64,000 bases of DNA from Lytechinus pictus (taxonomy: Eukaryota). This document shows, in pieces, positions 49,201-60,560 of this stretch; within the stretch, counting starts at the first letter, position 1; each line of letters begins with the position of its first letter. Below the pieces are notes generated by a model. It was not told where the DNA came from, did no database searches, and saw only the letters and a list, made by a program, of their open reading frames with translations. The stretch lies in contig NC_087245.1 of the NCBI RefSeq assembly GCF_037042905.1, positions 22,942,001 through 23,006,000 on the forward strand, given 5' to 3'. Made by a program: the position numbers and the translations under genes.

Positions 49201-52200
49201 GAGTGCAATGTTTTTTTAAAATACATTTCATAACAAATGTTACCTACTTACTACACTAGTAAACATTCAATCATGAAATAGGTCTCACCATGTTTGAAAG
49301 CACTACTCTGTCTTTGGGCGCCACCAATGTGATATCAAAGGTTGCCTTCACCGCAGGCTCATCCCAGCAAGGAAATGCTCTGCGTGCATCAGTTGACTAA
49401 AGTAAATGAGGTTAAAAAAAATATGAACAAATTTCAATGTCCAGTTAAATTCATTTACATGGTCATCATTTACATCCTGCACATTTACAAGTAAATATCA
49501 AGACATGCAAAATGACATATATTAAAAATAAAAACACAACCACACACACAAAAAAAAACATGATACCAGCATTATGCTGAGTAAAGATTCAGAAAAATTT
49601 TATATCCAAAAGTAATTTGACTTCTTCCATGAGTGATAGCAGTCCTGACAATTCATACTATAAAAACTTCACAAATAAATTTGAATCAATGTACAGAATA
49701 TGACTATCACCGACTCAAGCCAGCTTTCTCTGATCTCTCCAAACACTCAAACCTCTCTCTCTTTTTCTGGTTTACAGCCCTTTTAATGACTGCATGCACT
49801 CTTCCCAGAAAAGAAAACTCTACATACCTTCAGTTTTCTTGACTCTCCATTTCCCCTACCAAGAACATACAATCTTGGGTTCGATATCGAAAATTAAAAT
49901 TTCTGGCTTGCTTGTAAATAGGATTGTATACTCTATCTGAAAGATTAGTTCTCAGATCAAGTATAGAGCGATTTCATGTGACGTCATTGATTTCCTGCCA
50001 GCCATTGTGGTGGGCACGCTAAATCACTGCCCACCATAGTTACGTCAGCTGCACTCACCTGGGTTAGCTTGGCTAAGTTGGCTTAGCTGCACTGCAGGTA
50101 CTGACCAAAGGAAGTTCAAAGTTACTCGAGAAACTGTAGCCTATTAGATTTGCTTTATTTTTATTTCGTACTTCTACGCAAAATCATGGTAAATTTATGC
50201 TCAGTTGTTGGTTGTGGAAACAGAGCAGGACTCAGCAGGTAGAGACAAAAAATCTTTCTATCGGCTGCCTGCAGAAATTACGCAAGAAGAAAAAACGCTG
50301 GAACTTTCTCACATACGACAAAGAAAATGGCTTGCTGCAATCAATCCGAATTTCAAGCAATCAAGTCTTAAGAACATTCAGGTTTGCTAAGTTCATTTTA
50401 TTTCAGGTAGGAAATCGACATGTGTGACATAATAATTGTGTGCTTATCACAGTACCGGTAATATGAACAAATATTTGAAGAAATAAGCTTAAAGTTAGAG
50501 CTGGATTAGCCCGTGCTCACTTCCCGACATGCTAGCTCACACTGCACACGGCCTACCCCGGCCAGCGGCCGGGTGGCCACAGCATGCCATTTGTACATGG
50601 TCCTGCTGCGGCATAGCACTGTAGGACTCGGACTGTAGTCCAGAGAGTTCACAATGTCGGGGTAAGTAATCGTTGGTAAAATACTCAGATTATTATTCCA
50701 CTCATTTTGGGGAATACCATCACCATCACTGAACATAAATTTTTCCTCGTATCTTTCTTTCGCTGTCATTTTACGATTGGAAGTAAGGAGAATGCAAAGG
50801 CTGCTGTACATTTTCAGTCGCCATGGTCGATTTGTATGCCCTCCAAAATGGCCGCCGTGTAGTGTTGCAAACAAAAAGATGACGTCACTGGGATCGCACT
50901 ATACGATATCATTTACTGGGTGCAAGCCAAAAATTCAGATTTTCAATATACGTTCTTCTTAGCATATACATGTACCTACCACCATGCAAACTTTCAAACA
51001 CCATCTGAAATATTTACACTGTAGATTTTGAAACAGTACATGATACCAAAATGAAAATGTCAAGTCCCACTCACTTCAAACTGAGTAACAGCACAGTATC
51101 TTTCTTCCCCTGCTGGTGTGGTGTACTTGCTTCGGTAGAACCCTTTCATCTTGTCATTCAGCTCTCCTGTGAATTCTAGAGCCAGGTCACCACTGCCAAC
51201 AGCAATGTTTGATGGGAATCTAATGGTAGCCGTTTCATTTTCTTTGCTGTAATCGATGGATGCTGAGCTTACCTCTGCAAGGGGATAGATAAACCAATCA
51301 CATCAAGACACATGTCAAGCAGCCTGACAAGAACGGGATGAACCAAAACATACTGAAACACCTCTCATATGTGGTTTCAAGTCTAAACTGGGTTTTAAAA
51401 GTAAAAAAAACAAAATAAAATTTCACTGTTTACCACCAATGTGACAGAAAAAATGTGAAAAAAAAGTTCTGTTGCGAGTGCCAATATCAACATTCTACTT
51501 GGAAATCATGATCTGTATTGTGGACATTTAATTGGAATCACAACAAACCATGGAGAGTTAGACATACCTTGCCCATTTGAAGTGTAGACAGCTTTTTGAA
51601 TGGCGATATCCAAACAGTTCACAACCACTGTATCGACATCAGATTTGACCTAGATCAGATATGGAATGAATTTGAAATAAAATGCTAATGATCGACATCT
51701 GCTTACAAACATGTACCTGATATACATGTAGCTTCCTGCAAATGAATAGTGCAAAACTAAAGGGCCCAAATTCACAAAGGTGGTTTGAAAGTGCAGATTT
51801 CATGTAACTGTATAAATTATAGGGGAGACCGAGGTTAGTTGGAACGCGGGGTAAGTTGAAACATTGTAATTTTTTTTAACGTCTTTAAATAAATTTCTGC
51901 AATACTGCCCTCAATTCATTGTCATTATCAACAGCCATCCACCATATTACAGACAACACATGTGCAACAAGCCTGGTGAAGTTAGAAAGGAATTTTTATT
52001 TTTTGACCTTCTGAGTAATTTTTTTCTCTTTCAGAAATGTTTTATTATCTCAGAGAAGTTTATAGATCAAGTTGGCCAGTTTGGGGTATAATAGACACTT
52101 GTACCAAGCTACAAAATTAGGTTATTAATATGCCATGGTGAAGTCCCTTTCTTGTGCTGTAAGCTTATAAACGTCAAATGGGCCTCCGGGGTTAGTTGGA

Positions 52201-55200
52201 ACAAAATTGAAGGGGCTAGTTGGAACATATTCCAACTTACTCCAAACATAATTATGAATAAAAACATTGGATATAAGTATTTCACACTCTTCTGAACATG
52301 TACATGTATGTATACCATGCTTGCTTTGTGTATCAGTTAGGTCTGAGTGTGCATTTAAGGCCTATTGTAGGCCCCTAATGCAATATGAACCCTTATCAAC
52401 TGGGGGGGGGGGGGGGGGGGGGGGGGTCACCGTCATTTTGAGCCCCCCCATCGAGAAATTTTGTCACTTCGCCGTCGCGCAATTTTAATTTTACTTTCAA
52501 GTCTTGCGCATCATTTGAGACAAAATTTGCGATGCCTGTGTGCGTGGTTTCGAAATTACGCAACATTTTGTACTTGCATGTCGGACCAAAAATTGCTCAA
52601 AAATGTGATTCCATACAAGGTCAATGCAAATTGTGTTTTTGAACCAAAAGTCATAAATGTATGATTATTTTTTACTTTTGTTGGTTCAATTAGATTTATT
52701 TTATGCTATTTATGATCGCAAAAGAGTCCCGACAAAGTTCATCGGAAAACACAAAGAAATACAAATAAAAAAAAATACATAAGAATTTTTTTTTGCAATT
52801 TTTGATGGATATTTGTAAACTAGCACATCAATGATGTGGAGCTCATCCGGCATCTCGCAACGAAATTTAACACAATTTTAATTTCAGCCCAGTTGACACT
52901 GTAGTGAATGATATTGGTGACATAAATTGAGGATATAGAATTGAAATTGATGAGGAAATGACATAGAAGCATTGTTTGTGATCTATGAATAAATTTCATA
53001 TAAATTAGCATAAATAATTTTCTAGTCAAAATTTCTAAACTCTTGTGTAGAACCTTGGTGAACCTCATGTAGCTCTCAGATGGAACAAAAATAATAAAAA
53101 TCAATCAACAAATAAATAAGTATTTTTGTGAGTTTTGAAAATATATGAATAAATTAGCATATTTAATAAGTTTCAAAATTCTGTGTTGAAATTTTGTATC
53201 CCCACCTAGAGCTATCATATAAAGCAAACAAAATTGAAATTGATCAACAAATGAAGGAGAAAAAGCATTTTTTTGTGATTTATGAATAAATTTTGCAAAA
53301 ATTAGCATAAATAATTTTCTAGTCAAAATTTCAAAGTTCTGTGTGGAAATTTGGTAACCCTCATGTAGCTCTACCAGATGGATGAAAAAAAAAAAATTGG
53401 TCAACAAATGAAGATGAAGAAGCATTTTTCGTGATTATGAATAGAATTTTGCATAAATTAGCATAAATAATTTCTGGTCAAAATTCCAAAATTCTGTGTA
53501 CAAGTTTGGTGAACCTCATGCAGCTCTACCAGATGGAAAAAAAAATAAATAAAGAGGCATTTTCTGTGATTTATGAATAAATTTTGCATTCAAAACAGTA
53601 AACAGTAATTAAAATAGCATACTCAACCATGGCAACAGGTGTCAATTTGGTACACTGTGAACATTTAAGCATGCCCCAGTATCGGATACTTTGAGCACAC
53701 ACGGTAAATTAAGCGGAGTTTATAAGGGAAATTCTACATAAACCATGGGTTCAACCGATGGTTTTCAAAACCACCTTTGTGAATGTAGGCCCGTATGTTT
53801 TACAGTTCAAGAGAGGCCCAATCTATCCCCAAACAAGCCATGTCTATGGTTAGCATTCTGACCAAACGGTCTTCAAGAATACAGTTGTGAAAAAAATAAA
53901 GAAAAAAAAGGATATTAGTGCAAGGCACTCTCTAATACCAGAAAAACCAGCAGATCAAAAGTATCCATCAGCATCAGCCATGGACATGTGTTATCTGGTA
54001 AGCAGATTGGACAAACTCATGCACACGTGTTTCTTCTAGTGCTCAACATGTCATCAAGTCATTGCAATTTTATTGCTTACCGGTACTTCTATTTTTGATT
54101 TGATAGTGGAAGGAGAATAGGTAAAAATATTCAAAAACTAATCCAAGCAGACGTACATGTATTCCAGCTGCCCTTTTCCGTTGTTTTTTCTTCTTCCCTC
54201 TGGGGCCATCTCTTCTAACTGAATCATATTGAGTCTTATTGGTAGATCGCACTGTAAGTATTACTGTACATGTAACAAGTATGTATACTGATAATTTTAG
54301 ATAATTACTAGATACTAGCCCTACCCCGTTGTTTTTACGGAGATGGTAATTTTAGGAACTTTTGAGATCGATACCATAATTAAAAGACTGAAAGTAATAA
54401 TATCAGACAACATTACAAAGCACAAATATTCACAAGTAATTTTGCTATTGAATGCACAATTTTGAGAAAATCCAAAGCAAAAGAGATCTGATTTCAAGTG
54501 TCCAGACAATGGGCCCCCCCCCCTGCCCCCAGCCATAGCATAGGGGTCCTAAAGCTATAACCATTCTGCGTAAATATTTCAATGGCAAAAAGTGCCCACA
54601 TCTGTGTGACTGTAGTATATGGATGGAAACTGACAACTGTAGTGCAACCGAGTGCAGTTACAGTTTTATTTACTTATTTTCCTGCAATAATATAGATACA
54701 TGGACTGCTTTGAGAGGCATGGTTGTTTCTAGAGGCTCAAGGGGACCGCAACGCGACTATGCCCGAGGGCATGGTCTGGCCGATGCGGTACCCGCGAGCC
54801 GAATTGAACAACCATGTCTCAAATATAAAAGCAGTCCACATATATTTTATGAACTGAATTATTATACATTAGATCTAACATTAGGGCCTAGTCTACATGT
54901 AGGTCTAGATCTAAAAGCCCTGGCCTTAGCCCCAAGCTAACGTTAGGACTTAGGTCTAGGCCCTTACTTAGCCCTGACCCTGAAGTTAGGTCTCAAAGTC
55001 GAATATCAAAGCAGTTCCCGAGCAGTTCATACCGATAGGAACCAAATTACTAATTAGGGTCTGATTCTGAATAGGGTCTAGGCTAGATCTAACGTTCAGA
55101 AATAAATCCCCATTAGAGTGTAATCTACCGTTAGATCTAAATCTAATAACTTCTAAGCTAACTAACGACAATTAACATTTGATCTACCCGTCATAACGTT

Positions 55201-58100
55201 GTCGTTTGTCATGTACCTAAGGCTAAGTAACGAGTAACGTTATGTTAACCTTAGAAAGTGCAGTGACCGTCTAATCTTTTCACCCGACTCACCTTTGCGA
55301 CTGCGAGCATGCATTTGAGCAGTCTACGACAAGACGTGATGATTGATACATCCGTTATGTCCTTAATAAGAAAGTCAAAAAGGGGCCTAAGCTTTCGATC
55401 CTAGCAGAATCTTCGTCGGAGGCAAAATGACAAACATATAAAGTGGAACAACCATAATATAGACCACAAACAAGCTACAGCAACACTAGAAACAAACCTT
55501 AATGTCCTTAATAAGTTAGTTTTCTTTTCAATAAATGCCATATATTTTAACAGGAATTAACAAGCAAAAGTCAAAGATCGGCATCGTTCCATCGATATGT
55601 CATATCCGTTGCGCGCACTTGCGCAATAAGCGCGTAAATGCGCAAATTGTCTAAAACTTTTGATCAAATCGTGCGGATACCTATGGTATCCGCAATCACC
55701 AGAGAAAGCAACATTTTGCATGCAATCAAATGGGGATATCAGCCAAATTTTGCTATGCCCGTCGTTAAGGGGCGGGTCAGGGGGCAACGGGCAGAAATCT
55801 TGTTAAAGGACAAGTCCACCCCAACAAAAAGTTGATTTGAATAAAAAGAGAAAAATCCAACAAGCATAACACTGAAAATTTCATCAAAATCGGATGTAAG
55901 ATAAGAAAGTTATGACATTTTAAAGTTTTGCTAAATTTCACAAAACAGTTATATGCACATCCTGGTGGGTATGCAAATGAGAAGACTGATGACGTCATCC
56001 ACTCACTATTTCTTTTGTATTTTATTGTATAAAATAGGGAATATCCTATTTTTCTCCTCATTGTCAAGTGAAACAACGATTAAATCCTCCCTGAATATGT
56101 GGAATGAGCATTGTTAAATACTATATGATTCAGTCAAGTTGGTCCTTATTGTCAAATCTATGACAAATGAAATATTGTATAATTCAAACAATAAAAAACA
56201 AAAGAAATAGTGAGTGAAGGACACCATCGACTGTCTCATTTCAGTTATGCATATCACTGTTTTGTGAAAAATAAGCAAAACTTTTAAATGTCATAACTTT
56301 TTTGTTTTACATCCGATTTTGATGAAATTTTCAGCGTTTGCTAGTTTGATTTTTCTCTATTTATTCAAATCAACATTTTTGTGGGGTGGACTTGACCTTT
56401 AACTATGCCCGTTGCCCTTGGTTACCACCTTAGTTTGTTGTTTTGAAGGCATGGTCGTTTACATGACCTCAGTTTTGACCAATCAGAGGAACGGATTATT
56501 CGACATTCTTAGAGAGAGGTTTATAATATATTTTAGAAATTGAGGCATGAAATGTAATTTCTTTGCATGAGAAATCAAGTGCGTAGCTGTAGATCTAGAT
56601 CCATATGACCCCTTCCAAATTGGCACCTATATCGAGAAGAGTTCAGAAAAGACGTACAGAATTTTTGTTCTGAGTTTTGTAATATTTTCTCCTTGGCCTT
56701 GGGTACATGTAGGCCTAATGATCTTTAAAATGATTCCCACATATAAAAGCCTTTGGAAAGACTTCCTCATGTCCCCTCCACTAATTTAAAAAATACTTCT
56801 CCAAAACCCCCTTCTTTCGTTCTCTTTTTCTTTCTTCTTACTTCCGGTTGGAACTTGGATTCGAATCTTTCACTGCAAAATGAGGCATCTCTGTCGCCTT
56901 ACTCACTGAGCTAGCAGGAATTGTTGAAAGCCATGGGTTTCATAACGGTTATCATTTATCAACCAATTTTACAACTAGTCTAATCTCCAAGAGTATATTG
57001 GGTACCGTACCTATTTTTCTAACTGAATAAACCGATGCCATTGGGAATTACACACACTTGAGATTTTGACGTAGTAAAGCCATATTTTGGTATGTATCCA
57101 ACTTTTCCTTCTTGATAAACCTTCTCCATATTTTTTTTTCAATTTTAGTGGAGGGGACATATGGAAGTCTTGCCAAGCCTTTAAATGCTGAAGGCAAATA
57201 GAGGGGCCTCAGTTGGGAATTTTTGTGTTGCCGGACGCGAGAGCTAGTGAGTTTCCACGCACAGCCAGTGTGGCATTGCTACTTTTGTTCCTGTTAACTT
57301 GATTTTTTTTCTGTTTTTGTGCATTTAGGCCCTATAATGCCAAGTCGGAATAACAAACTTTATTTAGGCCTAGGCCTAGGTCGTTTTTTTCATAAATTTT
57401 CCTTTAAGATGAAAATCGAAGAGCCACAATAGGGTTTTTTGTGTTGTTAACCCCTAATGTAATGGCGGCTGCACGATATCGTGCCGTCTGTGTACGAGGA
57501 GAAATAAAAAAAATCAAAAAATCCTCGCGAAACAGACGGCTGCCAGCACTGGCAGCAGATTACCTTTTCCCCATCCATCTGTGTAGAACAGGAGAGAAAA
57601 ATATACACTGAGAAATATAAGAAAATAGCAACTATAAGTATAAAGTTATGACTCTTCTAGGCCTAACGTTAGGGCCTAACTAAAATTTAACGAGATCTAA
57701 TTCTAAGTCTAGTATTAAGTAATTTTATTAATATTATAAATTAATAATATTATTAACACTATTATTACTAACCACACCACACTCAGTCTCAGCTGCTCAG
57801 CAGATTCATTATTTCATCATCATTTTCTTACATCATACTTAGTTCGTACACGTGACATTATCTTCATGCCATGGCATGCATGGTCTAACTTATTTTCATG
57901 CAATTGAAAATGAAGCATACTAACTGTAGTGTTTAGACTTTAGTTAGAGAAAATATTCGAATCTTTTGATTTCCCACCTGGACTGAAATGGTCTCTTTGC
58001 CAGCGAAGGTGAACTTTTTCAAATCTGGTTGAAGCTGAATCTTGTAATTGACTGGAATGACGGACGTTGGGAGACGTTCAAAGGGCTTAGAACCCGGCAT
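31254..58100 (-). CDS. NPEPPS: Puromycin-sensitive aminopeptidase (M1 family), 18 exons, 867 aa
   Basis: Exons (minus): 58100-57978, 51649-51568, 51274-51075, 49396-49289, 48704-48504, 47705-47575, 46724-46654, 43211-43168, 42107-41943, 41479-41375, 39657-39423, 38762-38629, 35443-35309, 34691-34472, 33758-33559, 33159-33052, 32301-32149, 31442-31254; total 2604 nt in frame. Motifs [41 protein letters not shown]-x18-E (WLNEG), [23 protein letters not shown]. Confidence 0.96.
31612..31800. repeat. (CTA/CTG)n trinucleotide microsatellite
   Basis: ctactactactactact... imperfect array in the last NPEPPS intron. Confidence 0.8.
35842..37934. mobile_element. Composite non-autonomous DNA transposon with CAGAGATGCCAAC TIRs and 6-bp TSD
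   Basis: caatgt|CAGAGATGCCAACC ... GGTTGGCATCTCTG|caatgt; contains an internal inverted pair (36269-37121) and GC-rich hairpins (37150-37250). Confidence 0.75.
38113..38507. mobile_element. TTAA-flanked Kolobok-like MITE
   Basis: ttaa|aggtaaatgctagttttgg ... actactggaatttctct|ttaa. Confidence 0.55.
39790..40110 (+). mobile_element. Degenerate SINE (CORE-like central domain, (CAT)n tail)
   Basis: gtgttctttggcaagatatttatctac...gggtacctggcagga, ending ...ataaaactggatgatcatcat. Confidence 0.45.
40878..41157 (+). mobile_element. Full-length tRNA-derived SINE
   Basis: A-box TGGCCCAGTGG, B-box GGTTCGAACCC, CORE-like cactcaacccaggtgaggtgaatgggtacc, AT-rich tail. Confidence 0.8.
42575..42872. mobile_element. 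MITE (TGGCCCGTATTCTGAAG family; degenerate copy at ~35521-35837)
   Basis: tggcccgtatactgaac ... cttcagaatacgggcca. Confidence 0.65.
43553..45173. mobile_element. Second HINE/Helentron-like copy (same family as 15153-16358), interrupted by a Tc1/mariner MITE
   Basis: aacaagtggaatgcctctggcggtctcacctgca ... gtctcactctgctatgcaggtgagacaaaa; tandem gacctttgaccttgg units. Confidence 0.75.
43604..44557. mobile_element. Tc1/mariner-type non-autonomous element
   Basis: TA|CAGTGCGTTTAAAAAAAAAGTTTAAAC ... GTGTAAACTTTTTTTTGATACGCACTG|TA; the empty site is visible in the paralogous HINE copy at ~15197-15210. Confidence 0.85.
45608..46247. mobile_element. Tc1-like MITE with Sleeping-Beauty-like termini, nested in a Kolobok-like MITE (from ~45526)
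   Basis: TA|CAATTGAGGCCATAAGTTTACATACACCC ... GGGTGCATGTAAACTTCTAGCCTCAACTG|TA; long imperfect TIRs. Confidence 0.8.
47275..47544. mobile_element. Harbinger-like MITE
   Basis: ctgggccccgtctattacaaagag ... ctttgtaagacagggccctg. Confidence 0.6.
50186..50406 (+). pseudogene. THAP zinc-finger exon of a transposase (frameshift plus stop)
   Basis: [15 protein letters not shown] / [10 protein letters not shown]...RQRKWLAAI...IQVC*VHFISG|gtag: C2CH THAP pattern with a small duplication (agcaggactcagcagg) causing a frameshift. Confidence 0.75.
50625..50769 (-). pseudogene. N-terminal remnant of the second (YqaJ-exonuclease-type) ORF of an ISL2EU-like element
   Basis: [10 protein letters not shown]...[27 protein letters not shown] resembles the RYxxK..W....LP.v.y.DI..yL...PSP N-terminus of such ORFs (recalled pattern, not searched). 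Confidence 0.55.
51761..53792. mobile_element. Nested MITE stack (outer GGGCC-TIR element containing a GGGGAGAC-type element and a piggyBac-like element with ~115-bp tandem units)
   Basis: Outer TIR gggcccaaattcacaaaggtggtttgaaa / tttcaaaaccacctttgtgaatgtaggccc; inner tataggggagaccg (51818); aaccctt...poly-G (52388); tandem aaattagcataaataattttctagtcaaaatt units in 52930-53590. Confidence 0.7.
54695..54845. repeat. Palindromic element with central ATGCCCGAGGGCAT hairpin (Crypton-like non-autonomous?)
   Basis: tggactgctttgagaggcatggttgtt pairs with aacaaccatgtctcaaa...aagcagtcca. Confidence 0.6.
55807..56398. mobile_element. Kolobok-like MITE (well-preserved copy)
   Basis: TTAA|AGGACAAGTCCACCCC ... 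GGGGTGGACTTGACCT|TTAA with ~130-bp TIRs; other family copies at ~10055, ~45526, ~61479. Confidence 0.85.
56748..57180. mobile_element. TTAA-type MITE carrying a tRNA-like Pol III box cassette
   Basis: agcctttggaaagacttcctcatgtcccctccactaa / ttagtggaggggacatatggaagtcttgccaagcct|ttaa; minus-strand TAGCTCAGTGAG...GATTCGAATCC at ~56856-56914. Confidence 0.6.
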
Positions 58101-58420
58101 TTTGATTCTCTTTTGCTATCTGGATTTGAAAATCTGTTTAACCTGTCCTATATTAATGCCGTTTATATGACGCAGATTGAAATAAGGCCCTCTGAAAAGT
58201 CGAGACTAGGTTCTAGCAGCTGGCTCTCACGGCTGGGTCAGTTCGGTTTGAATTTGGACAGCAGTGTAGTCTCTTTGACGTTGACTGCATGCAGTGCAGT
58301 ATCTATATTTATATAGTGTACGCGTACGTACGTGTAGAGCAGTTATAACTCAGCGCATAGAGATACACGTGACTATGTCACGATCCGTCGTTTTGTGGAA
58401 ACGCCATCTCTCGGCAGGGG
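58101..58420 (-). promoter_or_regulatory. Probable NPEPPS 5' UTR / core promoter
   Basis: CpG-richer island directly upstream of the ATG; E-box CACGTGAC at 58366-58373; palindromic tacgcgtacgtacgtgta. Confidence 0.4.
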
Positions 58421-58476
58421 AGCGACAGGGGATAAGATCACTACAGTAACTTGGGTTACCCCCCCCCCTTCTTCCT

Positions 58477-58672
58477 ATCATCATCACCATCATCCTCCTC
58501 CTCCTCTTCCACCAACCCAGGCTACCACCACCATCATCATCATCATCGCCTTCATCATCACAACCACCACCACCATCATCATCCTTCTCGTACCAACCTG
58601 GGCCACCATCACCATCATCATCATCATCATCGCCTTCATCATCACAACCACCACCACCATCATCATCATCAA
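58477..58672. repeat. (CAT/CAC)n microsatellite with an internal ~78-bp direct duplication
   Basis: ccaacc..ggc.acca.caccatcatcatcatcatcgccttcatcatcacaaccaccaccaccatcatcatc occurs twice. Confidence 0.8.
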
Positions 58673-59119
58673 CATGATTATGGATGACAATGTCTAGCAA
58701 TTTGATGACAAGGACATTTTACTGATGTGATAGCGGATGCCCAGATGGTTGCTACAAACAAGAGGTAAAACAAGGAATACACAAGAAAAAAATGATACAT
58801 AGATGGAATTTTCATTTATTTTCCATCAATAAAATACAAACATTTAAAATAATCACATAAATTTTAGTCAAACAAAGCATATTCTTAGGATGAAAGTGAA
58901 TTGAAACATGGGAATAAAAATAAAACAAAACGGGCCAGTAGTATAATGCTGAAAAAGACAATTTTATGTTCGGGGGGAGGGGGGGGGGATATTCCTATCC
59001 CATAATCAAGGTAGAAGCTACAGCTAGTCATTGCCTTTACAAATCTGACCTGAAGCTGATATACAAAATGCAAGCGTTGAAGACCAAGATCAGACCCAAA
59101 AGTGAAACTGACAAATCAT

Positions 59120-59880
59120 ATACCAAATCGAGAGCTTAACACAGCAATGCAATTTTTATGCATATTCACCGCTTTCCAGCCAAGTATTTTGCTTAAACAA
59201 TAACTCCAATTATCGGGCTTTGAAAATAAGCTTACGGTCTGTGCTTTCACCGGCCTCGAGACCATGATGGCATGTTGTGATTCCATTGGTTTGTACACAG
59301 TAATAAATGTTAATTTTTCTGCTTTTCAGATTTTGATTTTGATTTTTTCTTTAATTAGCAGAAAAAATGTCACTGAGAAGTGAGAACTATGTGCTCAAAT
59401 GGATGGCCCTATTTTGTGATTTTTTTTTGGGGGGGGGGGCTCTTATTTGGCCTAAATTTCTAGGGCAGGAAAAGTGGTACACATAATTTGAATGCAGATA
59501 GAATTGGAAAGCTGAGCCAAATACCTGTAGGCAGAAAATAAAGTTTGGTAAAAAGTTTTCAAAAGCTATAGATTTTGTCAATTCAAGCTTGTAGGAGAGA
59601 TATTAATGACATCTCTTTGTGATAGTGAAGTGAAGAAATTAAATTACGTAATCTGAAAAGCGGAAAAAATCCCATTTTTTTTAAGTACAAACCTATGGAA
59701 TCGCAACACTTCTAAACCAACATAATGTCATGTTCTTGTCGAAACTGGTGAAAGCACGGACAAGAAAGCCTATTTTCGAAGCCCGATAAATGGAGCTATT
59801 CTTAAGCAATATGCTTAGCTGGTAAGCAGTGAAAATGCATAAAGCTTGCATTTCTGTGTTAAGTAGTTTATAAGCTTTTG
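59120..59880. mobile_element. Foldback element with long imperfect TIRs
   Basis: tgcatattcaccgctttccagccaagtattttgcttaa...tatcgggctttgaaaataagctt (59159-59233) pairs with aagcctattttcgaagcccgataa...gctggtaagcagtgaaaatgca (59766-59839). Confidence 0.65.
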
Positions 59881-60089
59881 ACTATGAAAGTCAGAGATAC
59901 ATAAAAAAATAGATATACAAATAAATAATTAATAAATGAACAAATAATTAAATATATAACATAAAATAGATGAATGAATAAATTGATAAATTAATAAAAA
60001 TGTTTTTAAAACACAATAATCCAATTTAATTTTTTTTCCGTTTGTCTCTTTCTGTCTTATTTGTAATTGAAATCTTCTCTTCTTTTTAA

Positions 60090-60560
60090 GGGGAAGTTCA
60101 CCCTAACAAAAATTTTCTTGTATGAATACCAGATAAAAATAATATAAATTATTGGTGAAGGTTGGAGGAAAATCCATTTAAAGAAAGTTATTAGAATTTC
60201 AAGTTTTTTTTAGATATCATAAACGAGAAGCTACCCCATATGTTATATAATATAAAATGCATGCATTTATTTTTAATATTTCATGATGATTTATTTTTTA
60301 TTTTTTTTTAGGAGCAGGTGTGAAATAATCTGTGTATCAATATAGTGAAGGTAAAACCATTTTTAATTTTCTGAGAAAATTACATTTCATTAATTTTTTA
60401 CCAAATGATATATGTAGGAAAGCTGCTCGCATTGTCATGTCACAATTCAAATAATTCAAATTCTAATAATTTTTTTATCCTTGGATGGATTTTCCCCAAT
60501 TCACCAATACTTATTCATTTTTTCTGCTTTTTTTATTATAAACTTTCCGTCATGGTGAAA
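60090..60560. mobile_element. Kolobok-like MITE (GGGGAAGTTCACCCT family; another end at ~31090-31131)
   Basis: ttaa|ggggaagttcaccct start; internal inverted ttagaatt..aa / tt..aattctaa arms. Confidence 0.5.

Larger units (their letters stand above)
49965..50900. mobile_element. Internally deleted ISL2EU-like DNA transposon
   Basis: AT|AGAGCGATTTCATGTGACGTCA ... TGACGTCACTGGGATCGCACT|AT (TIR plus AT TSD); a THAP remnant on + converges with a second ORF remnant on -. Confidence 0.8.

Noticed and set aside
58101..58200. N-terminal extension of NPEPPS from an upstream in-frame start
   Set aside because: An in-frame TAG lies six codons upstream of the ATG at 58100
58350..58700. Poly-His, poly-Asp and poly-Met ORFs
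   Set aside because: Translations of a (CAT/CAC)n microsatellite, with no splice or homology support
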